DNA of 51,939 nucleotides from a virus (lineage: Duplodnaviria > Caudoviricetes), in the IMG/VR virus record IMGVR_UViG_3300044998_001165, positions 1-51,939 of that record; one strand, 5' to 3'. The notes beneath the pieces were generated by a model that was given only the letters and a program-made list of their open reading frames with translations, did no database searches and had not been told where the DNA came from. The stretch's first letter is position 1, and each line of letters starts with the position of its first letter. A program made the position numbers and the translations under genes. This document shows positions 1 to 7,441 of this stretch, piece by piece.

Positions 1-127
1 TACACTTTTCCGTCTCTGCTTGCAGGACTTCGATCTCATCATGTAATCTTTTACGCAAAGACTTAATGAGCATCACATATCCCTCATTTGGAGGGCAGTT
101 GCTTTCTGAAATAGATTTTTGCTGATC
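1..127. repeat. 127-bp terminal direct repeat (copy 1), circular-assembly overlap
   Basis: Exact match of 1-127 to 51813-51939; an ORF reads continuously across the junction. Confidence 0.95.
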
Positions 128-130
128 CAT
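1..130 (-). CDS. 5' part of a 52-aa hypothetical protein spanning the circular junction (MDQQKSISESN...GACAGYH; stop at 51784-51786)
   Basis: ATG at 130 preceded by an AT-rich leader; frame stays open across the junction; stop is immediately followed by the next ATG at 51782. Confidence 0.6.
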   Translation of the reverse strand, partial: MDQQKSISESNCPPNEGYVMLIKSLRKRLHDEIEVLQAETEKC

Positions 131-151
131 AAAAAATAAAAATATGTTAAG

Positions 152-224
152 TGGTAACAGCAGGACTCGAACCTGCGACCTTCTGCGTATCAGGCAGATG
201 CTCTACCAACTGAGCTATGTTACC
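152..224 (-). tRNA. trnI: tRNA-Ile(GAT)
   Basis: Canonical cloverleaf: GGTAACA/TGTTACC acceptor, GCTC/GAGC D-stem, TCTGC-CTGATAC-GCAGA anticodon arm, GCAGG-TTCGAGT-CCTGC T-arm; CCA not encoded. Confidence 0.93.
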
Positions 225-267
225 ATTACTCGTCTTTCCGAATCGCCAGCCCCAAATCTCAGCTATA

Positions 268-373
268 AAGGGCGGATAGGTTCTGATCCTACGTTTATTA
301 TTGCCAGTAATAAACGCTCATTCATTCAAAACTGTTACGGAACAAAAATATTAGGCATCTCAGCCCCGCACTT
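268..373 (-). ncRNA. tRNA-like structured element (non-canonical)
   Basis: Closing stem AAGTGCGGG/TCCGCCCTT, 9-bp hairpin CGTTTATTA-CTGGCAA-TAATAAACG, T-arm-like TAGG-ATCAGAA-CCTA; no canonical D-arm. Confidence 0.4.
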
Positions 374-443
374 GCATACTCTTAGTAACTACGTTGTTTC
401 AGAGGTGCGTTAGTTTGTTGTTTGGTATCCCGAGGGTTGCTAC

Positions 444-572
444 TCACTACAATTACATTACTGACTATGTGATGCAGTCAACGGGGTTCAAACCCGACAA
501 TCAGCATGGTAAACTGACATGCTCTTGATGTAGTGATTCAGCGAAGCCCGTTTTCGATACGGGTTATCGAAA
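444..572 (-). ncRNA. Multibranch structured RNA candidate
   Basis: Long-range TCACTACA/TGTAGTGA stem enclosing TGACT/AGTCA, CGGG/CCCG and TCAG/CTGA hairpins, plus an adjacent hairpin; lies between two tRNAs; strand assumed from neighbours. Confidence 0.45.
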
Positions 573-613
573 GAGTGATAAAAAGGACAAATTAGTCTAC
601 CCACAAGACTCAG

Positions 614-685
614 CACCTCCTACAGGACTCGAACCTATACTAACGATTTTGGAAACCGTCGTGCTACCATTACAACTAAAGAGGT
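614..685 (-). tRNA. trnW: tRNA-Trp(CCA)
   Basis: ACCTCTT/AGGAGGT acceptor with G discriminator, ACGGT-TTCCAAA-ATCGT anticodon arm, ATAGG-TTCGAGT-CCTGT T-arm. Confidence 0.9.
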
Positions 686-830
686 TTTATAAGATGCCCG
701 TCCACTGCCGGGCTGTGCATCTGTTTCGTAGCGTGCAAGTACGGATAGCCAAATCATTTTACAGACGTTTACCATCTTTATCAACTGTTGATCTCCTCTG
801 TTTAGGGAAGACTCAAAAACCTTTGGCTTG

Positions 831-910
831 TCCCGGGAGCAGGAGTCGAACCTGCCTCACTGTATTAGCGACTTTGAAGCGATACGCAACAGTGATACCA
901 CGCCCCGAGA
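831..910 (-). ncRNA. tRNA-like RNA with intact acceptor/T arm, no D-stem, long central stem with CTTCAAA apical segment
   Basis: TCTCGGGG/TCCCGGGA acceptor-like stem, GCAGG-TTCGACT-CCTGC T-arm, TCACTGT/ACAGTGA stem. Confidence 0.6.
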
Positions 911-917
911 TATATTA

Positions 918-1187
918 TTATTTTCCTTGATTAGACAAACGTTTCAATTCATCTACCTTTTCGGAGATACTTTTCCTGATTTGCTCATCGCTCAAAGCTA
1001 ATAAGGCTAATAACCTCATGTATGCGCGATCAACATCCATCGCGGCGTGATGAAGCTGGGTGGAAATGTCATTATCCCAATCATCGGCAACTTCCTCAAA
1101 GATTGTTACTAAGTTAGACTTACATTGCTCAGTAACATCTAAGGCGCGTGCGACCAACCTTAACTCTGTTCTTTCTCTTTCTGTCAT
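918..1187 (-). CDS. Hypothetical helical protein (start re-assigned to ATG 1187)
   Basis: ORF; the TTG start in the ORF track lies inside a promoter -7 box. Confidence 0.7.
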   Translation of the reverse strand: MTERERTELRLVARALDVTEQCKSNLVTIFEEVADDWDNDISTQLHHAAMDVDRAYMRLLALLALSDEQIRKSISEKVDELKRLSNQGK

Positions 1188-1190
1188 GTG

Positions 1191-1198
1191 CAAAAGTA
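1191..1198 (-). promoter_or_regulatory. Bacteroidota sigma-A -7 box (TACTTTTG)
   Basis: Exact TAnnTTTG match 3 nt upstream of ATG 1187. Confidence 0.65.
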
Positions 1199-1227
1199 TA
1201 TCCGTTTTTTAGCCCGGACGCTTTGTG

Positions 1228-1476
1228 TCAACTGTTTAATTTTACTTGACACAAAGCATTATCACTATAATAGCCGTTCTTTTGTTGCTCTAAGAAAGCC
1301 ATCAAATCATCTTTCTTCCACAGCCATTTTTTGCCCAGCTTAATAGCCGGAATGCGCCCTTCCCGCGCCCAACGGGTCAGCTTTTGACCGTTCATGTTTG
1401 GTAAAATCGCCTGCACACCGACAATATCGAGGTACTCGGTCTCCTGCTTGGGGGGTATTCGCTTGTTTACACTCAT
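1228..1476 (-). CDS. Excisionase-like/MerR-type HTH DNA-binding protein
   Basis: YLDI...LTRWAREGRIPAIKLGKKWLWKKDDL is a typical HTH_17 signature; ATGA overlap with the tape measure stop. Confidence 0.8.
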   Translation of the reverse strand: MSVNKRIPPKQETEYLDIVGVQAILPNMNGQKLTRWAREGRIPAIKLGKKWLWKKDDLMAFLEQQKNGYYSDNALCQVKLNS

Positions 1477-4400
1477 GGAATCCGGGTACTTTTCTTTCTG
1501 ATGAAGGCTTCTCTTTTCATGCTCTTGGTCGTGATGGAGGCGATGCCCCGTTCGTCTATTTTCTGCTCCACGCGGATGTCCTGACTTTCAATGGCATCCG
1601 TCAGATCAGATAGCTTTTGACTGATCTCCGTTAATCGGTGGTCGTGGAGGACTACCTGATGCTCGATTTCCTTTTCTTTATAAAGGTTGTTTTGGTGAAT
1701 GATGTGCCGGTTGAGCGTGCGTACATCTTCGTATCGCTCTGATACCGCCTTCCAATTGGTATCAGGTAGGAATGCCTCAACGGGAGGCATCTTAGGCAGT
1801 TCGATTACAGCCCCCTTGTGGATCGCTTCGAGTACCGGACGGTTTTTATCTACGTGCTTTGCCTGCGTTACCCATTCGCCCTTATGCACCACCCCCGCAA
1901 TTTCGTGCGGATTGCCATAGCCCGTAAAGCCCCCTTTATAAAAACCGATCGCCGCTTCCGCCTGCGATTTGGCTGCTGCCAAGCCAGCTCCCAGAGCAAT
2001 CAAGGTCGCCGCGATCGTAATTGGTGCCGCGATACCGCCCTCTGCTGCTGCCTTGGCAATGGCAACAAGGGACTGGGCGACCAACTGGGCAACGGCTAAA
2101 GCCTGCTCCTGACGAACGGCATCTTCCTTCATCTTTTGAATGTCATCTAACCGCTTTTCCTCTAACTGCAACTCATCCGCGTTGTACTTCTCTTTAGCCT
2201 TCGTCCCTTGGTCTAAGAAACCTTTGATTTTTTCGATTTGCTCTTGTTGACGTTGCTCTAATAAGGAAAGCTGATTGATCGTTGCCTCTATGCCGGCACT
2301 GATTGCCGAAGCGATCGAATCCGCCAAAGTCTCAAAAAAACCGATAATGGCTTTGGCTTTCGCACCGCGTGCCTGACGATCTAATTCGTCCAACTTCCCC
2401 TTTCCCTCCTCGATCTTCTTATCAATGTCTTTCAACGCATCATTATTTGCCTGCAAATCTGCTGATGCTTTTTTCTTTTCTTCCGGTGAGGCGGTATCCG
2501 AAGTCAAAATGTCTTTATTTTTAGCAATTTGATCTTCAATCGCTGTTCGCTGTTTTAGGAACTTATCTAAATCTCTATTTGCGGCATCCAATTGCTTTTG
2601 CTGATCGGCACGCAGTTTCTTAAAGTCTGCAAACTGCCCCAATGCCCGCCCAATCGCCTGTGATCCCGCAGAGATTTGCGCCGCCAAGGCATCCGTATTC
2701 TTGCCCTCACCAATTTTGACTGTCTGCCCAATTTTATTTAGCGTGTTTTGGAGCAGTGTGGCTTGGGACTCCAACCGTTCCGCCGCTTTAAGGTTGATTT
2801 CATAAACCTTTTGCGCCCGCGCCTCCTCAACCTTGGCGACCTCTTCCGTGAATTTGAACTGAAGGGCAAGGTTCTCATTGTTGTATTTACGTATGATATT
2901 AGCCTTTTCTTCGGCTGTTAAACCCTCAACTTTGAGGCTCTTATCAAGATTTTCTTGCAGAATACGCTGTTCTTCGGCATAATATTCTATCAATAAAGTC
3001 TTGCGCCGTTCAAAATCATCTGTCCCACTGGCTAATTGAATGATGAGATCGCGTTGCGTTTTGCGGATTTCGCGTTCCTGCTGGAGCAGCTGCTCTAAGA
3101 GCTTTTTCTGAATAGCCGTCTCCTGTACCGTCCGCTTCTTGAAGTATTCATCCCGCAAGACGAGTTCTTCCTGCTGGAAACGCTCGACCATCTCTAACGT
3201 ATCGCGCTCGGAGGCTTCATCTATCTTGGCGATTTCTCCGATAAATAACTCCTCTATTTGTTTCAACTTTTGCGCTTTTACCCCTGCCGATAGCTCCGAT
3301 TCCTTCACCGCCTTGATGTTATCCAACCGTTGCTGTTGCAGGTTGGCAAGGGCTTCGGCTTTTCGGTTATCCAAATCCTTCTGGGCATTCCGCTTGGATG
3401 CCGCCAACTGCACCTGCGCCAGCCGTTCTTGCAGGTTGGTAGCACGGCGGGTAGCTTCGGCTTCAGTGAAGTCAAAACCCGCAGTTTGGTAGTCAAATTC
3501 AAATTGAATGAGGTTGGTCTGTTTCTTGTCGGCAAGTGCTTGGATGTCCGACTCCGCTTTTTGGATCGCCGTCTCAAAAGGTTTAAGGTCGGCTTTGATT
3601 TTGATCTCGACGTCGGCGGGTTTAGAGCCGGATTGGGGGGCATTAAATTGCGCTCGAAGTGCTGTAAAATTGTCTTTGGAGTCTTGTAAAACTTGGCTTT
3701 GGGTCTTTTTTTGGTCATCCAAGACCCGATTAAACCCGTTTTTGGCTAATTTTCCGTAATCCGTTAGGTCTTTGCGGAAATTATCCAAACTTAATTTAGG
3801 GTCAATATCAAGATTAGTATCAAGCAGTGTGTTAGATGCCTGCTTAATCAGATTAATCAAGGTTGCATAGCCTTTTGCCGCCAAGGCTAAAGTATTTGTA
3901 AAAGCACGCAACGGTAAAAGAGCCACATCAAGCGCACGGGAAAGGAGCGAAACGATCGTCGTTGTTGCATTGGCTTGGCTATTGAATGCGGGAAAGACTA
4001 CCGAAACAGCCGTTCCTATGGCATTAAAAAGATCGGAAAAGGATAAATAAATCTGCCGAAATATGTCTTGAATCGGTTGGGATTTAGCAATCAAATCCGC
4101 CAGAAAGTTACCGATAGATGCTACTGCCGGCGCAATCGCATTGATAATCGTTAATCCAAAAGTCTTTAATTGAATACCTATCAATTGGAAAGCGGAGGCA
4201 GTTCCTTTAGTTGTATCATTAAATACAGCGTATTGCTCATTTAAGGCTTTGTTCGCTTCCACCAGATTCAGTTGCGATTGCTGAACTGCTGTTAGTGGTT
4301 CGCGTGCTTGATTGAGTCCGGCATTAAAGTCAAGTATGAATTTTAAGAGTTTATCGCGCCCCGCATCCTCTCCGGGTGATCCACCCAAAGCATCGGCAAT

Positions 4401-5627
4401 TAGCAACTGCGTCTGCTGGGTTGTTAACCCGACTTTTTTAGCCTGTTCAGCAATACTGACAAAAGTCTGAAAAGCCGTCTTTGAGCCTGTCTTTAATCCT
4501 TTTTCAAGCTCTTGATTAAATTTGGGTCCCAACGGTTTGAGTGCATCCTGAGTAGCCTGCGAAAATTCAGATATTTTGATCTGTGCTTCTTTCAAGGCAT
4601 CAACCGCTTTATCATCATAAAAACCTTCCACCCGTGCTTTTCTGATGAAATCCCCCGTCTGGACAGCAGTAAGTCCGATTTCTTTTAACTGAACATCATA
4701 TTCATTTAATTGCCTTAAAAATTCGTCATCAAAAGCCCCACCGCGTACTAATTGATCTTGGACAATATTTGTTGCTTGGTCGAATGATATTTTTCTATTT
4801 TTGGATATAGTATTGATCGTATTGATTAGTTTTTCACTATCTATTCCAAAAGTATCACTAATAGATTTTATGTTAATAGATGCGGAACGCAACTCATTTC
4901 CCGTCAATCCTGCAAAACCTGCAATTTCATTCTGTAATGAGGCAATTTCTTTCGCACCCTCTTGTGCATCCGCTCCCAATGCAATGATTGCGCCCCCTAC
5001 CGCCGCTACTCCTACAGCAGCAGCCGTAGCCGGATTTGCCAATGAAGTCAACGATCCTGCCAAATTGCCTAAGCCACCCGTTGCCTGTTCCACACCCGGT
5101 AAATTGTTAGCCTGTTCCTGCGCACCCGAGAAAAACGATTTCGCCCTTGAGATCAGTCCGCCCCCACCGGATTCCTTGCTTTTTTGACCAACCTCCTGTC
5201 CCTTATTCGCCTCCGCATTGATTTTCTCCTGTTGCTCCTTAATCTTCTTCTGCACCTCAGCCAACTCCTGTGCCTCCCTAACGGCATCGGCAAAATGGTT
5301 GGTCATATACGCCAACTGGTCGTTTGCCTTTTTAATGTCATCCGCTTTGCTGAATTTCGATAACGCTTCGCTACCCGCTTGTGCCGTCTTTCCCACCTGC
5401 GCCATCTGTTTATTCAGCCCCGCCGTAGCCACCGAAGCCGTCCCCAGCTTTTTGCCGATCGCATCAAAGGCGTTGCCACTATCTTTTTTCGCATCATTGA
5501 CCGCCTTTTGCAGGTCATCAAAACGGCTGTTCAGTACCTCAACCGCCTGATGTGCCGTTTTCAAATTCTTGATCTCAACCGCGTTGAAATTAAGTTCAAA
5601 TGCAACCTCATAAGCAAGTTCCGCCAT
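1473..5627 (-). CDS. Tail tape measure protein
   Basis: 1384 aa, Ala/Gln/Lys-rich coiled coil, hydrophobic patches, C-terminal GFYKGGFTG...AGVVHKGEWV motif of TMPs; downstream of the tail chaperone. Confidence 0.9.
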   Translation of the reverse strand: MAELAYEVAFELNFNAVEIKNLKTAHQAVEVLNSRFDDLQKAVNDAKKDSGNAFDAIGKKLGTASVATAGLNKQMAQVGKTAQAGSEALSKFSKADDIKKANDQLAYMTNHFADAVREAQELAEVQKKIKEQQEKINAEANKGQEVGQKSKESGGGGLISRAKSFFSGAQEQANNLPGVEQATGGLGNLAGSLTSLANPATAAAVGVAAVGGAIIALGADAQEGAKEIASLQNEIAGFAGLTGNELRSASINIKSISDTFGIDSEKLINTINTISKNRKISFDQATNIVQDQLVRGGAFDDEFLRQLNEYDVQLKEIGLTAVQTGDFIRKARVEGFYDDKAVDALKEAQIKISEFSQATQDALKPLGPKFNQELEKGLKTGSKTAFQTFVSIAEQAKKVGLTTQQTQLLIADALGGSPGEDAGRDKLLKFILDFNAGLNQAREPLTAVQQSQLNLVEANKALNEQYAVFNDTTKGTASAFQLIGIQLKTFGLTIINAIAPAVASIGNFLADLIAKSQPIQDIFRQIYLSFSDLFNAIGTAVSVVFPAFNSQANATTTIVSLLSRALDVALLPLRAFTNTLALAAKGYATLINLIKQASNTLLDTNLDIDPKLSLDNFRKDLTDYGKLAKNGFNRVLDDQKKTQSQVLQDSKDNFTALRAQFNAPQSGSKPADVEIKIKADLKPFETAIQKAESDIQALADKKQTNLIQFEFDYQTAGFDFTEAEATRRATNLQERLAQVQLAASKRNAQKDLDNRKAEALANLQQQRLDNIKAVKESELSAGVKAQKLKQIEELFIGEIAKIDEASERDTLEMVERFQQEELVLRDEYFKKRTVQETAIQKKLLEQLLQQEREIRKTQRDLIIQLASGTDDFERRKTLLIEYYAEEQRILQENLDKSLKVEGLTAEEKANIIRKYNNENLALQFKFTEEVAKVEEARAQKVYEINLKAAERLESQATLLQNTLNKIGQTVKIGEGKNTDALAAQISAGSQAIGRALGQFADFKKLRADQQKQLDAANRDLDKFLKQRTAIEDQIAKNKDILTSDTASPEEKKKASADLQANNDALKDIDKKIEEGKGKLDELDRQARGAKAKAIIGFFETLADSIASAISAGIEATINQLSLLEQRQQEQIEKIKGFLDQGTKAKEKYNADELQLEEKRLDDIQKMKEDAVRQEQALAVAQLVAQSLVAIAKAAAEGGIAAPITIAATLIALGAGLAAAKSQAEAAIGFYKGGFTGYGNPHEIAGVVHKGEWVTQAKHVDKNRPVLEAIHKGAVIELPKMPPVEAFLPDTNWKAVSERYEDVRTLNRHIIHQNNLYKEKEIEHQVVLHDHRLTEISQKLSDLTDAIESQDIRVEQKIDERGIASITTKSMKREAFIRKKSTRIP

Positions 5628-5861
5628 GATTCATTGTAAAATACTCAAAGGTAGATAGGTATAATAAAAAAAGGTGCTACGGTGTCAATGGTATTTATTT
5701 AATTAGTTAACAAATCGTAAATTGATAATCAAAATTTAGTAGATCAAATACTTGAGTTTCCAAATATTTGCAGGGATCGCCTTGTATTGGCTTCTACGCG
5801 CCCCAACCTTACCCGCCATTTCAAATGCAATCTTTATCATATCTACGGTACAGATATTGCA

Positions 5862-6026
5862 ATGGAAGATGAGGGTTATGTAAAAATCCTTGTTGAATAC
5901 ACCTATAGTGATAGTGAATTTTATTTCTTCGCGTATGTTAAAACAAATATGCTGAAGAATCATGATGGCTTGCGTGAACTTCCTATTTTCCTGACACAAC
6001 AAGAACCCCTGTTCCATGCGAGCTAA
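5862..6026 (+). CDS. Small hypothetical protein (moron-like insert)
   Basis: ORF overlapping the start of the next + strand gene; ATG at 5862 chosen as start. Confidence 0.45.
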   Translation: MEDEGYVKILVEYTYSDSEFYFFAYVKTNMLKNHDGLRELPIFLTQQEPLFHAS

Positions 6027-6219
6027 GTCTAACTTTCATAGCGTTCTCCTTTCCTGCATTGCGCAGGAAGGGGGGACTGAGAAATTTGCTCGGGCAAACG
6101 ATTTATCATATCAAACCGTCCAGCGCGCCCGCAGACCGGATACTAAACCGACCATGACACTCATTTATATTCTTGTGTCAAAATATAAACAAAAGATTAT
6201 TTTTGAGTCTTCGGAATAA
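6016..6219 (+). CDS. Small XRE/Cro-like HTH protein
   Basis: EKFARANDLSYQTVQR...KPTMTLI resembles an XRE HTH; followed by a terminator. Confidence 0.6.
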   Translation: MRAKSNFHSVLLSCIAQEGGTEKFARANDLSYQTVQRARRPDTKPTMTLIYILVSKYKQKIIFESSE

Positions 6220-6223
6220 TAAT

Positions 6224-6246
6224 AAAGCCGGCATAGTCCGGCTTTT
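6224..6246 (+). terminator. Intrinsic terminator (possibly bidirectional)
   Basis: AAAGCCGG-catagt-CCGGCTTTT right after the 6219 stop. Confidence 0.7.
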
Positions 6247-6350
6247 AAGTTTCCCATTGGGTACGATTAAACTAATAATAACACTTCTCCTCCCGCACGG
6301 CAGTCCAATTTCAATTCCTTAAGAATACGATTACTGATGCAAATAACCAA

Positions 6351-6533
6351 TTATTTAGACAAAATAGCAATCGCTTCATCTGCCACCCGCTTAGTCAAGC
6401 CAAATCCCCAAAGTGCGTCATCATCGGTTTGATCGGAGCATTGAATAAAAAAAGGCAACTGATGCTCCAGCATGTCTGTATCATCATCCAAGATTACATA
6501 ACTTTCGACCGGATTTTTAGGAGGTTTTGACAT
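6351..6533 (-). CDS. Small acidic hypothetical protein
   Basis: 60-aa ORF with AT-rich leader. Confidence 0.5.
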   Translation of the reverse strand: MSKPPKNPVESYVILDDDTDMLEHQLPFFIQCSDQTDDDALWGFGLTKRVADEAIAILSK

Positions 6534-6665
6534 ATTTATATGTAATTTTTTTACAAAAAGTGTAAAGTCTTTTCGTTCGATTTGTCTGCTACAAATTGTA
6601 TATCACAAACACCTTTTAAGGCTTATACAAATCGTAAGCGTTTACGAGCGGAAAAGGGTTAAGGC

Positions 6666-6974
6666 TTACCGCTTCTTTTTTCTTGCCTCCTCCATCTGCT
6701 TTGTCCGCTCTTTTTGCATTCGCATCACGGCTTGCATGGTCGCATAGAAATTGTCTACACTACCTTTTATCAAACGTTCCTTATTAAAGGTGTTGCCGTC
6801 GGCGATCATCATGGCGAGGTACTCGGCTTCGGCATATTGGGCGAGAATTTCACCACCGACGCTCGGCTTACTTTGCTGAGCATCGACTGGCTTTGCTGTA
6901 AATAAGTCAGGAAATCGTGTTCGGAGATATCCTTCAAATGCGGTAACATACTGATTGCAATGCGTAAAAAAAAA
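6666..6974 (-). CDS. Tail assembly chaperone -1 frameshift extension (gpGT-like)
   Basis: -1 frame from the T9 run is open for about 100 codons (FTHCNQYVTAFEGYLRTRFPDLF...EEARKKKR*). Confidence 0.75.
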   Translation of the reverse strand, partial: FFFTHCNQYVTAFEGYLRTRFPDLFTAKPVDAQQSKPSVGGEILAQYAEAEYLAMMIADGNTFNKERLIKGSVDNFYATMQAVMRMQKERTKQMEEARKKKR

Positions 6975-7441
6975 TCTTGTGCCTCCCGATCCTCACGGAG
7001 TTTCTTTACTTTTAAGGCATAGAAGGCATCGTTGAACTCATATGGGTTTTCATCTTCCAAGATGGCAAAACAGGCACAGAGGTTAAGCATAGCATCGAGT
7101 TCAAACAACAGTTTTCTCCGCAACATCAGTTCATCCCAAAGGGCAAACACTTTCGTAAAGTCAATCTTACCACCACTGCGAACATTTCGCACCTCATTCA
7201 TGTAAGCATCCATCTCATCAAGAAAGGCAGGCGACAATCCCATACCCGCCAATTTGATAGCCTCATCAATCTTTAGTTTGGATTCATAAGGTATGATGGA
7301 CGATTCGGCAATGACGTACCACTGCTCCCCCGTGTTTGGATTTCGGTAAGCCGGCAACAAGTGCGGGTTCTTAGAATTAGACAACTGCCCGATCTGCTGT
7401 TGCCTTTGAAAACGTTTGAATATATTTTTTAACCAACCCAT
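6809..7441 (-). CDS. Tail assembly chaperone (gpG-like)
   Basis: Slippery GAT TTT TTT TTA near the 3' end with open -1 frame; upstream of the tape measure gene. Confidence 0.7.
   Translation of the reverse strand: MGWLKNIFKRFQRQQQIGQLSNSKNPHLLPAYRNPNTGEQWYVIAESSIIPYESKLKIDEAIKLAGMGLSPAFLDEMDAYMNEVRNVRSGGKIDFTKVFALWDELMLRRKLLFELDAMLNLCACFAILEDENPYEFNDAFYALKVKKLREDREAQDFFLRIAISMLPHLKDISEHDFLTYLQQSQSMLSKVSRASVVKFSPNMPKPSTSP

Noticed and set aside
225-613. tmRNA, RNase P RNA or hammerhead ribozyme
   Set aside because: GGGGCTG occurs but without a matching tmRNA 3' end; no RNase P or hammerhead core consensus found by eye
831-910. Canonical tRNA-Sec or genome-wide UGA recoding
   Set aside because: No D-stem or long variable arm, and the CTTCAAA loop is not closed by a proper stem; genes are intact under code 11 and TGA stops form normal ATGA overlaps
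144-930. Plus-strand ORFs 144-413 and 649-930
   Set aside because: Antisense to tRNA and tRNA-like genes; no protein-like features
1699-5639. Many short ORFs opposite or within the tape measure gene (and similar shadows genome-wide)
   Set aside because: Fully overlap long, motif-supported genes
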